In this document: piece after piece, positions 27,033 through 36,552 of the stretch
Layout of the letters: every line of letters starts with the position of its first letter
Position numbering within the stretch: position 1 is the stretch's first letter
IMG/VR virus record: IMGVR_UViG_3300048833_000111
Location: 1-64,000 of that record
DNA from: a virus
DNA: 64,000 nt
Strand: one strand, 5' to 3'
Made by a program: the position numbers and the translations under genes
The notes under the pieces: model-generated
What the model was told of the DNA's origin: nothing
Database searches by the model: none
The model's input: the letters and a program-made list of their open reading frames with translations, nothing else

Positions 27033-27910
27033 CCTAAACCTATTTTTAAAATTCTACTTACCATTTCTCTTTGCTCTTCATTATCTCCTGGTATCCTAAG
27101 TGTATTACCTCCTATGATATCATATCTAGAAGATAAATCTTCTATTAACCTCTTCTCAGGTAAGAAAGTACCTATACTTCTTTGTATACCTGATGCAGAA
27201 TAACCATTAAATAATGTTGTACTAAAGAACTCTCTGTGTGAGCAAGCTAAAATATTCTTTAAGTTTAATTTTTCACTGGACTTAGCTACATTACATATAA
27301 CATATCCCATTCCATTTCCAATTGCATAAGTATCAGAATCAAACATATCAATATTTACATTGATATTCATTGCCTGACACATAAGTATTGTTTTAAGTAT
27401 TTTTACAAAAGATTTTGTATAATCCCCTCCTACAAAAGTACCTACTTGAAAAGCTAAATTTAAAGTTAACTTCTTTGCTCCTGGTCTCCCCCTCTTGAAT
27501 ATCTTTTCAGAATTAGAGGCATAATGTGGCATAGAAAGATTACCCTCAAATCTATTGAGGGTAAATTCTCTTTTTGAAGACTTTGCTTTATATACCAATT
27601 CTAGAAAATCCTTATCAACAGACATATCTTTCATAGCTATATTAATAATTTTCTGCTTGTGAGCAGTCAATATATTTCTATCTCTAAAATATTCTCTATG
27701 ATTGGATAAGTAATATGATATATCTCCACCATGTTGGATATCTCTTTTTAAAGCAATTCCATCAGGGTTGTTAGCAGGAATATCATACCAAAATATATCT
27801 GATAAATTATCAAATCTAATTAGTTTACTTCCTGATTCTAAAGTAGTATAAAGCACCTTTGGCTTAGGAATAGAAGAATCAAACATATTAATAATATAAA
27901 TCTCTATCAC
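27029..27910 (-). CDS. Putative vWA-like partner of MoxR ATPase
   Basis: Directly downstream of MoxR; beta/alpha pattern but no clear DxSxS MIDAS. Confidence 0.45.
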   Translation of the reverse strand: MIEIYIINMFDSSIPKPKVLYTTLESGSKLIRFDNLSDIFWYDIPANNPDGIALKRDIQHGGDISYYLSNHREYFRDRNILTAHKQKIINIAMKDMSVDKDFLELVYKAKSSKREFTLNRFEGNLSMPHYASNSEKIFKRGRPGAKKLTLNLAFQVGTFVGGDYTKSFVKILKTILMCQAMNINVNIDMFDSDTYAIGNGMGYVICNVAKSSEKLNLKNILACSHREFFSTTLFNGYSASGIQRSIGTFLPEKRLIEDLSSRYDIIGGNTLRIPGDNEEQREMVSRILKIGLG

Positions 27911-29039
27911 TTGCAGCTACTAGAGGTCTATCACCTTTTTGCATCCTAGCTAAAGCCTTTGCAACTTGTTCGTCTCTAGATATCTGTTGTGGATTCCTAT
28001 ACTCAACTTGTGGTTCATTAGAAAAATTAATATTGTTATTAACCTTTCTAAATATATTAGACCTATCCTCTGTAGATAAATCCTGACATACCATATTAAG
28101 AATTCTTTTGCTGGTATAACCAGCATTGATTAAAATAGATATATCTTCTACATTTCTGGTAGATAGATAATTACCTATTTCTTCAAAAGCATCTCTCATA
28201 GCTTCAACCCAAGGATAATAGTTACCCATAAGTTGTTTCTCCAATTGAATATGATATCCAATATGGTGTCTACAAAATCTAAATCTATCCATTAAAGCCA
28301 TATCTTGGAAATCCCTACCTGAATAATCAGTAGAGCCTTTCCCCCAAGTATTTCCACACATAACTAAATAAAAATCCTTGTGCTTTTTAGCTGTTGGATT
28401 ATCATCTCTATGTGGAATAGATATAAAGTTAGAATTATCTGCAATACCATTAAAGAATAGTGCCATATCTCCTGACATAGCATCATATTCATCTACTAAG
28501 AATAGACCACCATTTTCATATGCATTCAAGAAAGAAGTCTGTAAGTATACCTCAGATTTAGGTTGTTTATAACCTAATAAATCATGTACACTAGAGTCTC
28601 TAGAACAAGAATATTTATAAAAAGGTATGTTCATTCTTTTAGCTATTTCAGCTACCATATAAGTTTTACCAGTTCCTGCTGGTCCAACTAACATAGTTTT
28701 CTTTTGTATTACAAGGGATTTTACAACATCTTCCATTTTAGGATGGTCCATATGTTGTATTTCAATTTCAGAGGTATTGGGGAGAACTATTGTAGTTCTA
28801 CCTTTTACTATCTCTTCCATTATTTTATCCCGCATATTTCTTGCAGCATATTTTGCTGCATCTTTATGCTCTTTCAATATATTTTGAAGCTCTAGTCTCC
28901 ATTCATCTGAAGATTTAGATACATCAACATCAAAAGCAAGAATACTATCTTTCAATTTATCTTGAAAGATAGTATCTATTTCCTTTGCCAATCTATCTAA
29001 ATCAAATTCAGGTACTGCCTGTGATTTGATTTCATCCAT
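27888..29039 (-). CDS. MoxR/CbbQ/CobS-like AAA+ ATPase
   Basis: GPAGTGKT, LFLVDEYD, GNT, QDMALMDRF, STR. Confidence 0.85.
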   Translation of the reverse strand: MDEIKSQAVPEFDLDRLAKEIDTIFQDKLKDSILAFDVDVSKSSDEWRLELQNILKEHKDAAKYAARNMRDKIMEEIVKGRTTIVLPNTSEIEIQHMDHPKMEDVVKSLVIQKKTMLVGPAGTGKTYMVAEIAKRMNIPFYKYSCSRDSSVHDLLGYKQPKSEVYLQTSFLNAYENGGLFLVDEYDAMSGDMALFFNGIADNSNFISIPHRDDNPTAKKHKDFYLVMCGNTWGKGSTDYSGRDFQDMALMDRFRFCRHHIGYHIQLEKQLMGNYYPWVEAMRDAFEEIGNYLSTRNVEDISILINAGYTSKRILNMVCQDLSTEDRSNIFRKVNNNINFSNEPQVEYRNPQQISRDEQVAKALARMQKGDRPLVAASDRDLYY

Positions 29040-29041
29040 TG

Positions 29042-29431
29042 TTATGGTGTTATTTTTTGTTCTATGAATAATTTGAATATCTCCAATATAAGATACTTTT
29101 CTTCTGAAAATAAGAATTGTACAAAAGTTTTTGCAACTGCATTATTATCTTTAATCCATTTGAAATCTTTTGCAATACTATCCCTATCAGTAAAGAGTTC
29201 TATGTCCAATTCAACTAAATCCTCTATTTGGGAGTCCTTGAGTTTTTCTCTAGGGTCTCTCATAAAGAAAGGTAAATTGTTCATTGAAGTATATCTATTA
29301 TATACTTTATTGAAAGAAAATAAACTATCTTCTTCCTCTTCTGCATAATAGAAACAAATCAGAGCTTTCTTTTTATCAAAGTAAAACCCTGATTTTAAAT
29401 TTCTCTTATTGTGTTCAAATGGATTCTTCAT
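29042..29431 (-). CDS. Hypothetical protein
   Basis: ORF track. Confidence 0.65.
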   Translation of the reverse strand: MKNPFEHNKRNLKSGFYFDKKKALICFYYAEEEEDSLFSFNKVYNRYTSMNNLPFFMRDPREKLKDSQIEDLVELDIELFTDRDSIAKDFKWIKDNNAVAKTFVQFLFSEEKYLILEIFKLFIEQKITP

Positions 29432-29438
29432 AATAATA

Positions 29439-29804
29439 TTATGGTTTTATCCTACTTATTTGTTCTTCAAATTGTTCGGATTCTTTCATAATATCCTCCA
29501 TTTTCATACCATCATCTTGAAACTTTATGGTAAGCATCATAACCTCAGACATAGGTTTAGGTACACCTTCTTTCCCAGGATTTAATTTTCTTGGGGTATC
29601 TTTGTGTTTATTGGATTTAAAGAAATCTGCAAGTCCTCCCTTACTTAGTTCTTTTTGAACTAAAGTACCAGGTACTTTTTCTATTTCTTCTGTTTCTCCA
29701 AACTTCTCTTTTTGGTACTTTTGAAGAGCTTTGATAGTTTTTTCAAGGATAATCTCTTCTGGCATTAGGGCTGTTAACATACGAGCCATTCCAAGTGTTG
29801 ACAT
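29439..29804 (-). CDS. Hypothetical protein
   Basis: ORF track. Confidence 0.65.
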   Translation of the reverse strand: MSTLGMARMLTALMPEEIILEKTIKALQKYQKEKFGETEEIEKVPGTLVQKELSKGGLADFFKSNKHKDTPRKLNPGKEGVPKPMSEVMMLTIKFQDDGMKMEDIMKESEQFEEQISRIKP

Positions 29805-29838
29805 AATTTAAGTATTTAAAAGTTTAAAAATAATTTTA

Positions 29839-30165
29839 CTAACTGATTATGAAATAGGATGCACCTATATCATTGGCAGTATCTTGAAAAACATCAAGTA
29901 CTTCTTGAGGAGACCTCCTTACCAATTTTCCTTTTACTTCCTTTTGGAATACCAAAGGACTTATTGGAGCTGAAGTACTGCTTTTATGTTTTACAGTAAT
30001 TCCCAAAGGTGATTGCTTTGTGAATTTTATTCTTTCCTGTATAAATACATAAGTTACTGTACCACCTTGGTTTTTATGTATTGTTTGTAAGGTTTTTAGT
30101 AACCTTGGACTGGGATTCTGGATACTGTACTTCTCCTTTGCACCCTTTTTTGAATTGTTATTCAT
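29839..30165 (-). CDS. Hypothetical protein
   Basis: ORF track. Confidence 0.65.
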   Translation of the reverse strand: MNNNSKKGAKEKYSIQNPSPRLLKTLQTIHKNQGGTVTYVFIQERIKFTKQSPLGITVKHKSSTSAPISPLVFQKEVKGKLVRRSPQEVLDVFQDTANDIGASYFIIS

Positions 30166-30168
30166 TTT

Positions 30169-30306
30169 TTATTCTTGATAATCTATAGCTTTAGCTATTG
30201 CCATTGGTAGTGGCATACGCATAGAGCTTACCTTATGCTTACACATCCATTCTACGAGTGTAAGCTTCCTAGGATTTTTTTCAATCTTTTTTTCTTGATT
30301 GTCCAT
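30169..30306 (-). CDS. Small hypothetical protein (45 aa)
   Basis: Manual translation MDNQEKKIEKNPRKLTLVEWMCK...; fills gap between genes. Confidence 0.5.
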   Translation of the reverse strand: MDNQEKKIEKNPRKLTLVEWMCKHKVSSMRMPLPMAIAKAIDYQE

Positions 30307-30310
30307 AAAA

Positions 30311-30508
30311 CTAAAGTTTGGTTCTAAGGAATATTATTAGAAATACTATAAATAGTATAAATAATCCAAATAGTAATGAAATCCAAATTGGACTCAATAC
30401 CCACCACCAACTCCAATCAATGTAGTTGGTAAGCTTAAGCACTATAAATACAATAGTAAGTAATCCTGTAAATCCTACACCTGAACTGGTTGATTTTGAA
30501 TTTGACAT
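30311..30508 (-). CDS. Small two-helix membrane protein
   Basis: Hydrophobic, IDWSWWWVLSPIW motif typical of small phage membrane proteins. Confidence 0.75.
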   Translation of the reverse strand: MSNSKSTSSGVGFTGLLTIVFIVLKLTNYIDWSWWWVLSPIWISLLFGLFILFIVFLIIFLRTKL

Positions 30509-30509
30509 T

Positions 30510-30950
30510 TTAAACTATTTTTAAAGGTGACTTTTCTTCTCTTTTTACTTCTTGATTTGAGATTTGGAGCAAAGCCTCGAAATTTACATGTGGATTAAAT
30601 AATATAGTATTATCAACTTTAAATCCTTCCATAACTTCGTGTTCAACAGCTTGTTTAAATGTAACATAAGCTGTTTTAATGATTTCATCATCAGTCATAT
30701 GGTCTGATAGATAATTCTTTCTACCTTTCCATTCTTCTTCTACACCTGTCTTTGTACATTTAGATACATAGTGTGCTTGAAGATATATTCTACCTTTAAC
30801 ATCTCCATTGGGAAATGTTAAACTGTATTTATCATCATAACTGGCACGTATTTCAAATGTTTTATCCAAACAAATACAACTAATACGTGCCAATATTTCT
30901 AATACTCTTTCCATTACACTTTCCAATATAATGAAACCATAAAATCCCAA
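30510..30950 (-). CDS. Phage hypothetical protein (true start likely MERVLE)
   Basis: WKGRK.YLS.HMT..EI...EHEVMEGF...FNPH pattern. Confidence 0.65.
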   Translation of the reverse strand: MGFYGFIILESVMERVLEILARISCICLDKTFEIRASYDDKYSLTFPNGDVKGRIYLQAHYVSKCTKTGVEEEWKGRKNYLSDHMTDDEIIKTAYVTFKQAVEHEVMEGFKVDNTILFNPHVNFEALLQISNQEVKREEKSPLKIV

Positions 30951-31477
30951 CGTATCTCTTTACCTTCATTAATAAGAGCTTGTTCAGCTCTAAATGCATT
31001 AAATCCAGCACCACAATACCATTTTCTATACATTCTATATTGAAATTCAAGGTTAAGACCAGGATTAAGTACCCGTGTTGATGTTTTCTTCCTAAAATTC
31101 TCTGGATTGCCATACCAGGCATCTTTATGCCTTCTGTATATAACAGAAGTTTCAGCCCCTGCGTAAATACCAAAGTTTTTTACTGGTACATCTACTATTT
31201 TATAATCTAGAGCTAACCAAGTCCATTTAGAATAATTTATAGCTGGATGTATTTCATAATACATACCAACTCTAAAATGTTCTTTTTCAATACCCAATTT
31301 AAACTCTCCATTAAATGTAGTACCAATATCATTTGGTTTACCTGCATAAGGTCCTTCAATTGCCATTTTGGGGTCTATTGAAAACCCTATAAAAATATCA
31401 AATCCTTTATCAGAGTTTGTCTGACCATAACTACCCAGTGTTAGGATACACACTAAGAGAATAAATAGATTTTTCAT
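30914..31477 (-). CDS. Putative outer-membrane beta-barrel protein
   Basis: Sec signal peptide, alternating aromatic beta strands, C-terminal SLYWKV. Confidence 0.6.
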   Translation of the reverse strand: MKNLFILLVCILTLGSYGQTNSDKGFDIFIGFSIDPKMAIEGPYAGKPNDIGTTFNGEFKLGIEKEHFRVGMYYEIHPAINYSKWTWLALDYKIVDVPVKNFGIYAGAETSVIYRRHKDAWYGNPENFRKKTSTRVLNPGLNLEFQYRMYRKWYCGAGFNAFRAEQALINEGKEIRWDFMVSLYWKV

Positions 31478-31513
31478 TTGTTTTTGTTTTAATTATTATT
31501 GGATAGTTTTAAA

Positions 31514-31634
31514 TAAACTCTCACAAGGTTGCACCTTGAGTATAGTCATCTCATCACCTATACCACCGATGTGTCTTATATCGCTCCTAAGAGGATCACG
31601 CAGCATCAAGTTCCTGCAATTGGATGAGAGTTTA
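31514..31634. ncRNA. Candidate multi-branched structured RNA
   Basis: 10-bp closing helix TAAACTCTCA/TGAGAGTTTA with 4-5 internal hairpins; GC-rich relative to flanks. Confidence 0.5.
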
Positions 31635-31887
31635 AAACAATAGGTTTTGATGATTTTTATATACTATCTACATTAGTACTCCTATTATATTAAAAAATAG
31701 TTGTTTAATCGCAAGGTACAACTATTAAAACCTAATTATAAATAACTACTACATCTAAGTGGATTTTTCCTCCTTATAATGTAATTTTAACGTTTCTGAG
31801 CATATTAATAGTTATCTATAGTTCTATTAATACTCTAAGTTATATTTTGTACCACCAATTCTAATCATACAATATAAGGTGTAGTAG

Positions 31888-32169
31888 TTATTGATATTTA
31901 TTTTCAAGACAATCCAATCCTTCTTGGTTATCTGATACTGTTATATCTGAAATGTATTTCTTCAATTCAGCTTGTGTATTAAACCGTATTGGTGGATTAC
32001 TATTTTCATCTGTTACAGTTAGACCATTTATATAATAGATATTTTCTAATGTATAAATTTCAAGATTTGTTGGTTCTTGTTTAGTATTTACTCCTTTTAC
32101 ATCAAATATATGAATTAATGTGCTTGTAAGTGTAAAACTAACAATAAGTGCAATTATAAAGTATTTCAT
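31888..32169 (-). CDS. Hypothetical secreted/membrane-anchored protein
   Basis: N-terminal hydrophobic helix. Confidence 0.6.
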   Translation of the reverse strand: MKYFIIALIVSFTLTSTLIHIFDVKGVNTKQEPTNLEIYTLENIYYINGLTVTDENSNPPIRFNTQAELKKYISDITVSDNQEGLDCLENKYQ

Positions 32170-32623
32170 AATTTGGCTATTTAGAAGTTATTGGTGTATA
32201 TTGTGTGGTATTCTATGGTATTACAATATAGTACCAAGGTATTTGAATATTTGGGTATTCTGTAATTAATTATTGTATAATATTACAGAAGGTGATTTGT
32301 CTTGAAGATGTATTGATTGTATCAAAAAGGCTATATTAATATATGAAGGCAATTTTGATGATTTTGAATATGTAGTGAAATGTGTGTAATGTTGTCTGGA
32401 CAGCATACAGCCTTAAACTACAAAATAAATCTAGTTTCAGTAAGAATGCACCATTGGAGGCAGTATTGAACTAATTAATCTTCAAAACTTTTCAGCTTGT
32501 TAGGACTGTATGGAGCATTCCGCAATGGTTTACTCCCAAAAAATAACCAATAAGTGAGGTCAATAAAATAATAAAGGGGAATACATTACATATTCCCCTA
32601 AATTAACTAAGGCACCTATTCTA

Positions 32624-33073
32624 TTAGATAGCTTGTCCAGCTAATGCCTCTTGTACATTCTCTGCTACTTCCGCAGGACTTTCATTTACCCATACATCAG
32701 GAGTATTTGGGTCTTCCACATACTCAAACTGAAGGTAAGTTTCTCTACCATTGGTAAGTACAACCTCCCCTGTAGTAGGATTGATTTTAGGATTTTGAGT
32801 GGATGTGGCACCATTTTGTCCAGCTACATAGAAAGGCTGAAAGCTCTCTTGTTTCTGGATTTTACCTGGCAACACTTGTCCTTCCCTTAATCCCAAAGAT
32901 TCCAAATCTGCAATCTTACCTCTAATGAAGGCACTTCTCTTGGAGACATTAAGAATACCTCCAGCAAAGGATTTATTCTCAGAGTCTACTCTGATTGTAC
33001 CCCACTCTGGGTTGTTTGTACTTGGGGTAATGATATTACCTGTTTCTGGATGTTTTGCAACTTTTACTGACAT
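32624..33073 (-). CDS. Hypothetical phage protein (early region)
   Basis: Clean ORF followed by hairpin at ~32576-32599. Confidence 0.75.
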   Translation of the reverse strand: MSVKVAKHPETGNIITPSTNNPEWGTIRVDSENKSFAGGILNVSKRSAFIRGKIADLESLGLREGQVLPGKIQKQESFQPFYVAGQNGATSTQNPKINPTTGEVVLTNGRETYLQFEYVEDPNTPDVWVNESPAEVAENVQEALAGQAI

Positions 33074-33210
33074 AATAAGATTATTTAAAGGTTATTAAAA
33101 GATTTTAAGAGTGCAAATACAATGCCTTCTAGGCTTTCAACTCTTCTAGCAAGATTTGCAAAAACAAGTGAGGGTATTTAGTGTGAGTGAATATAGAAAA
33201 GAAGAGAGTA

Positions 33211-33417
33211 TTAAACACTCTCTTCTTTTATTTTCCATATATATCTTCTACTGTATTCTCCTCTACTTGCTAATACACCCATAGCTTGAAAATATTCAAT
33301 ATTTGGTACCTCTTGAATTAATAGTCTATATTTAGATTGAGCAGAGATATTTCTAGATATAATATCTTCAATAAGAGCTTTATCTTTTACAGATATATTT
33401 ATAATAGGTTTTTTCAT
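33211..33417 (-). CDS. Hypothetical protein
   Basis: ORF track. Confidence 0.55.
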   Translation of the reverse strand: MKKPIINISVKDKALIEDIISRNISAQSKYRLLIQEVPNIEYFQAMGVLASRGEYSRRYIWKIKEESV

Positions 33418-33605
33418 AATATTTGGTTTTAGATTAAGGCACTATTGCCACTAATAAGAAAGGGTATTTAGTAATAGTAGAGATAACAATAAAAAAACAA
33501 AGAGAAGGCATAACACCTTCTCTAAGTCTAACCAAATATTAATTGGGGATATATACTGAAGGTATTTTACCTTCTGTAGTATTGTGTAATAGTGATACTA
33601 CCAAG

Positions 33606-33794
33606 CTATTGAAGCCTGGTAATATCATCTTTTATTTCCTTCTGTTCTTTTAGTATGTACATCATCCATACCATAAGACCAACAATAGAACTAACAAGCA
33701 GACCACACACACCACGTTGTGATGAAGTGATGGCAAAGTCTAGTGAAAAGCCAACCACACTGACAATCAATAAAGCATAAAATAAATATTTCAC
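33606..33794 (-). CDS. Small membrane protein
   Basis: Two hydrophobic helices. Confidence 0.5.
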   Translation of the reverse strand: MKYLFYALLIVSVVGFSLDFAITSSQRGVCGLLVSSIVGLMVWMMYILKEQKEIKDDITRLQ

Positions 33795-33940
33795 GAGGAT
33801 AAAAGTTTAAGTTAATAATGATGGGTGGGGGACTTTCCCTTCCAAAAATAAGTAGGGGTGTTTTTTGAGGTACACTCACACATCCATAATATTACAACTT
33901 AAAAAATTTTTTATAAAAATTTTGTGGTGGTATAGTATAT

Positions 33941-33973
33941 AAAAAAAACCCCAGTAGACTTAACTACTGGGGT
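33941..33973 (-). terminator. Intrinsic terminator downstream of GIY-YIG gene
   Basis: ACCCCAGTAG/CTACTGGGGT stem with T-run on minus strand. Confidence 0.75.
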
Positions 33974-34103
33974 ATATTGTTAGAACATACATCACAGATA
34001 CTTTCATAAAAAGGTACTCTCCTCTCTTATAAACACACCTCACCCAAAAAACTAAAGTTTTTTAAGTTCAGCTTATCAGCTTCCTTATTAAGTAACAAAG
34101 TTA

Positions 34104-34850
34104 CTACTTTTTTTTTACATTATTGCAATCTGTCAAGTTAAATTTTTTTAAATAAAATCCTGAAGACTTATGAAATTTATTTTTAGTTAAAAGTATTTGT
34201 CTTACTCTTTCCCTACTTATACTAAGAAAATTTCCTACTTCTTTTAAGGTTTTAAAAGTATATTCTTTTTCATCATTATACACTTTAACTCTTTTTAAGT
34301 TATATAGTTTAGATTTTTCCCTACTTTCATTAGTATAAGATTTCCAATTATTTATAATATGTTTATTACATACATAAAATTCAGGAGTTACTAATCTATA
34401 CTTTCTCTTGTAAACAGTTTCAGTATTTATTGTACTTGTATTATAAGTACTTCTTTTATTATTAGTAGTATACCTAATACATTCAGATATACTAGGAAAA
34501 ACTTTAATTAGATTTCCTTTTAAATCAATTAAACACACAGCTATTTGCATACAATCAAACCCTCCTGCTTTAGCTATTTTAGTTTGATTATAATTCTTAT
34601 TAAAATCTAAAGTATCAAGGTATTTTTGTTCAATTTCATATAAGTTATTATAACTACATATTTCTAGTATCTCCCATTTAAAAGCTTGTTTTCCATATTT
34701 ATTAAATGAGGATTGTAAATGAGAATTTTTATGTGTACCTTTTTTTAATTCTCTAAAATGTCTCCTTATTCTATCTTCTATATTTTTAGAAGAACCTATA
34801 TAACATTTATTATTTTTAATATTTGTTATTTTATATATTCCTGTTTTCAT
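34104..34850 (-). CDS. GIY-YIG homing endonuclease with NUMOD/HTH-like C-terminus
   Basis: GIYKITN...CYIGSS...R...H. Confidence 0.9.
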   Translation of the reverse strand: MKTGIYKITNIKNNKCYIGSSKNIEDRIRRHFRELKKGTHKNSHLQSSFNKYGKQAFKWEILEICSYNNLYEIEQKYLDTLDFNKNYNQTKIAKAGGFDCMQIAVCLIDLKGNLIKVFPSISECIRYTTNNKRSTYNTSTINTETVYKRKYRLVTPEFYVCNKHIINNWKSYTNESREKSKLYNLKRVKVYNDEKEYTFKTLKEVGNFLSISRERVRQILLTKNKFHKSSGFYLKKFNLTDCNNVKKK

Positions 34851-34854
34851 ACTA

Positions 34855-34885
34855 CAAATTTAATAAAAAGTCAAGACCTGACAAA
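34855..34885 (-). promoter_or_regulatory. Bacteroidota -33/-7 promoter for GIY-YIG gene
   Basis: TTTG-N19-TAAATTTG, 4 nt before ATG. Confidence 0.6.
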
Positions 34886-34924
34886 ATAATAATTAATATT
34901 AATATTAAAAAAGTTTAATATTTA

Positions 34925-34956
34925 TTTGTATAGATTAAATAAAGTTTATATCTTTG
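34925..34956 (+). promoter_or_regulatory. Bacteroidota -33/-7 promoter at start of plus-strand (late) block
   Basis: TTTG-N20-TATCTTTG, 4 nt before ATG 34961. Confidence 0.7.
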
Positions 34957-34960
34957 CCTT

Positions 34961-35296
34961 ATGGAAAATTTACTAGAATATAAAGTGGTTATATACCTTA
35001 ATAATGCTAAAGCTGAAGAACAGGCTGAAAAGTATAGGGATTTAGGTATACAGATTCCTGAAGAAGAACAGGAAGTAGAAGAAAAGATTGTTAAATACTC
35101 TTTTAATATTAGTGGAGAGATAGTAGAGATTAGGGAGACTTTTGTTAAATATATGTCAGAATGGCTACCTGCTGTATGTGTCTCCTTTACTACAAAGGAA
35201 GGTACATTTATAGATACACCTCCATTACTTGTTACATATGAAGAGTTTAAAAGAAATTTAAATGAACATAATAAGAAAGATACTCAGGTTAAATAA
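34961..35296 (+). CDS. Hypothetical protein
   Basis: First ORF of plus-strand block. Confidence 0.7.
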   Translation: MENLLEYKVVIYLNNAKAEEQAEKYRDLGIQIPEEEQEVEEKIVKYSFNISGEIVEIRETFVKYMSEWLPAVCVSFTTKEGTFIDTPPLLVTYEEFKRNLNEHNKKDTQVK

Positions 35297-35618
35297 GGAG
35301 GAGTATTATAAAAAACATTTACTGATAATTAATCATTTGTTACCTATACAGATGACTCCTAAAGAAGCTGAAGTTTTAGCTGCCTTTATGTCATTGGAAG
35401 GAGATATAGCAAATGACCCTTTTGGTACATCTGGAAGAAAGATAGTAAAAAATAAATTAGGTATATCTGCTGGAGGATTGGGAAATTATTTAGACCAATT
35501 GAAAAAGAAGGAATTTATATTGACTAGAGATGACAGCTCACTTTATATATTACCTATACTGATTCCTGACAGAGATATACAGGGATACCAATTTAAATTA
35601 GAAAACAATGAAGTGTAA
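35262..35618 (+). CDS. Putative winged-HTH DNA-binding protein
   Basis: MTPKEAEVL...KLGISAGGLGNYLDQLKKKEFI pattern. Confidence 0.55.
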   Translation: MNIIRKILRLNKEEYYKKHLLIINHLLPIQMTPKEAEVLAAFMSLEGDIANDPFGTSGRKIVKNKLGISAGGLGNYLDQLKKKEFILTRDDSSLYILPILIPDRDIQGYQFKLENNEV

Positions 35619-35772
35619 GAGAACTAAAAATGGATTACTACTTCCAACTATATTTGAAATGGAATTCTTTGGAGTGAAAGCAATACCAGATAATACTTAC
35701 TATAATCCAAATACACTTGAAGTAGTAGAAAGAGAATTATTCAGTCAACAAGAATTTCACACATATGCATAA
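35608..35772 (+). CDS. Small hypothetical protein (54 aa)
   Basis: Manual translation MKCKRTKNGLLLPTIFEMEFF...; overlaps both neighbours. Confidence 0.5.
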   Translation: MKCKRTKNGLLLPTIFEMEFFGVKAIPDNTYYNPNTLEVVERELFSQQEFHTYA

Positions 35773-36145
35773 TTATAAAGTAAGTAGAAATGGTCTTTGG
35801 GGGGATAGGGTAAAACCATCTTATCCAGGTATTACCAAAGAAATGATAGAAGAGACTGTACAATATGTCTTTAGGGACCAACCTGAAAGACAGATGGTAT
35901 TACATACTGGACCAAGAGGAATGGAACAATTTAGACAAGCTGTGCAAGAAGAGTTAAATAGTGATGAACAGCTCTGGGCTGATATAAGAAATGAACAGTA
36001 TCCTTTAACACCAGAAGAGTCTTTTGATACAGGTGTAGTAACACAAGTAGGTTGGACAACAGCAACCAACCCTAATTATTTAAGATTACAGAGAGGAGAA
36101 ATAACACCAGTGGAATATCTGGATTTAATAAGTGAAGAAGAATGA
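35765..36145 (+). CDS. Hypothetical protein containing a major-capsid-like segment
   Basis: ITKEMIEE..VF...RQMVLHTGPRGMEQFRQAVQE aligns by eye to the MCP. Confidence 0.65.
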   Translation: MHNYKVSRNGLWGDRVKPSYPGITKEMIEETVQYVFRDQPERQMVLHTGPRGMEQFRQAVQEELNSDEQLWADIRNEQYPLTPEESFDTGVVTQVGWTTATNPNYLRLQRGEITPVEYLDLISEEE

Positions 36146-36552
36146 ATATATTTAAATTTCAACACCCATCAGACTTAATCTCAAGATTATTTATACTTGA
36201 GTATATGAGAGAAATTGGGGCAAGCACATTATATAGTAAAGCAAATAAACATCAGAGAAATAAGTTTTTCTATAAGTTTACTTCAGAGGATACAGAAGGT
36301 ACTCAAGAGATAGAATCAGTAGATATTAATTATGAGTATTGTTTATTTATAGCTACTCTTCATGAACTAGAATCATTCTTGAAATTATTTCTTGATGAAA
36401 TAGAACAAGTGGAAGCTAGTAGACAAAAGATTTATAAAGAGGCTAAAAAGAAGTTAATTGAGGAAAGAATAAAAGCTCCTGTAGATATTAATATAATGGA
36501 TTTAGCCCAAACTGAAATAAATAAAAATAACTCTAATGAACTCATTCTCTAA
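36142..36552 (+). CDS. Hypothetical protein
   Basis: ORF track. Confidence 0.65.
   Translation: MNIFKFQHPSDLISRLFILEYMREIGASTLYSKANKHQRNKFFYKFTSEDTEGTQEIESVDINYEYCLFIATLHELESFLKLFLDEIEQVEASRQKIYKEAKKKLIEERIKAPVDINIMDLAQTEINKNNSNELIL

Noticed and set aside
31514-31634. SAM-I riboswitch
   Set aside because: Superficial CTCTCATC/GATGAGAG resemblance only; the core junction motifs are not in the right order
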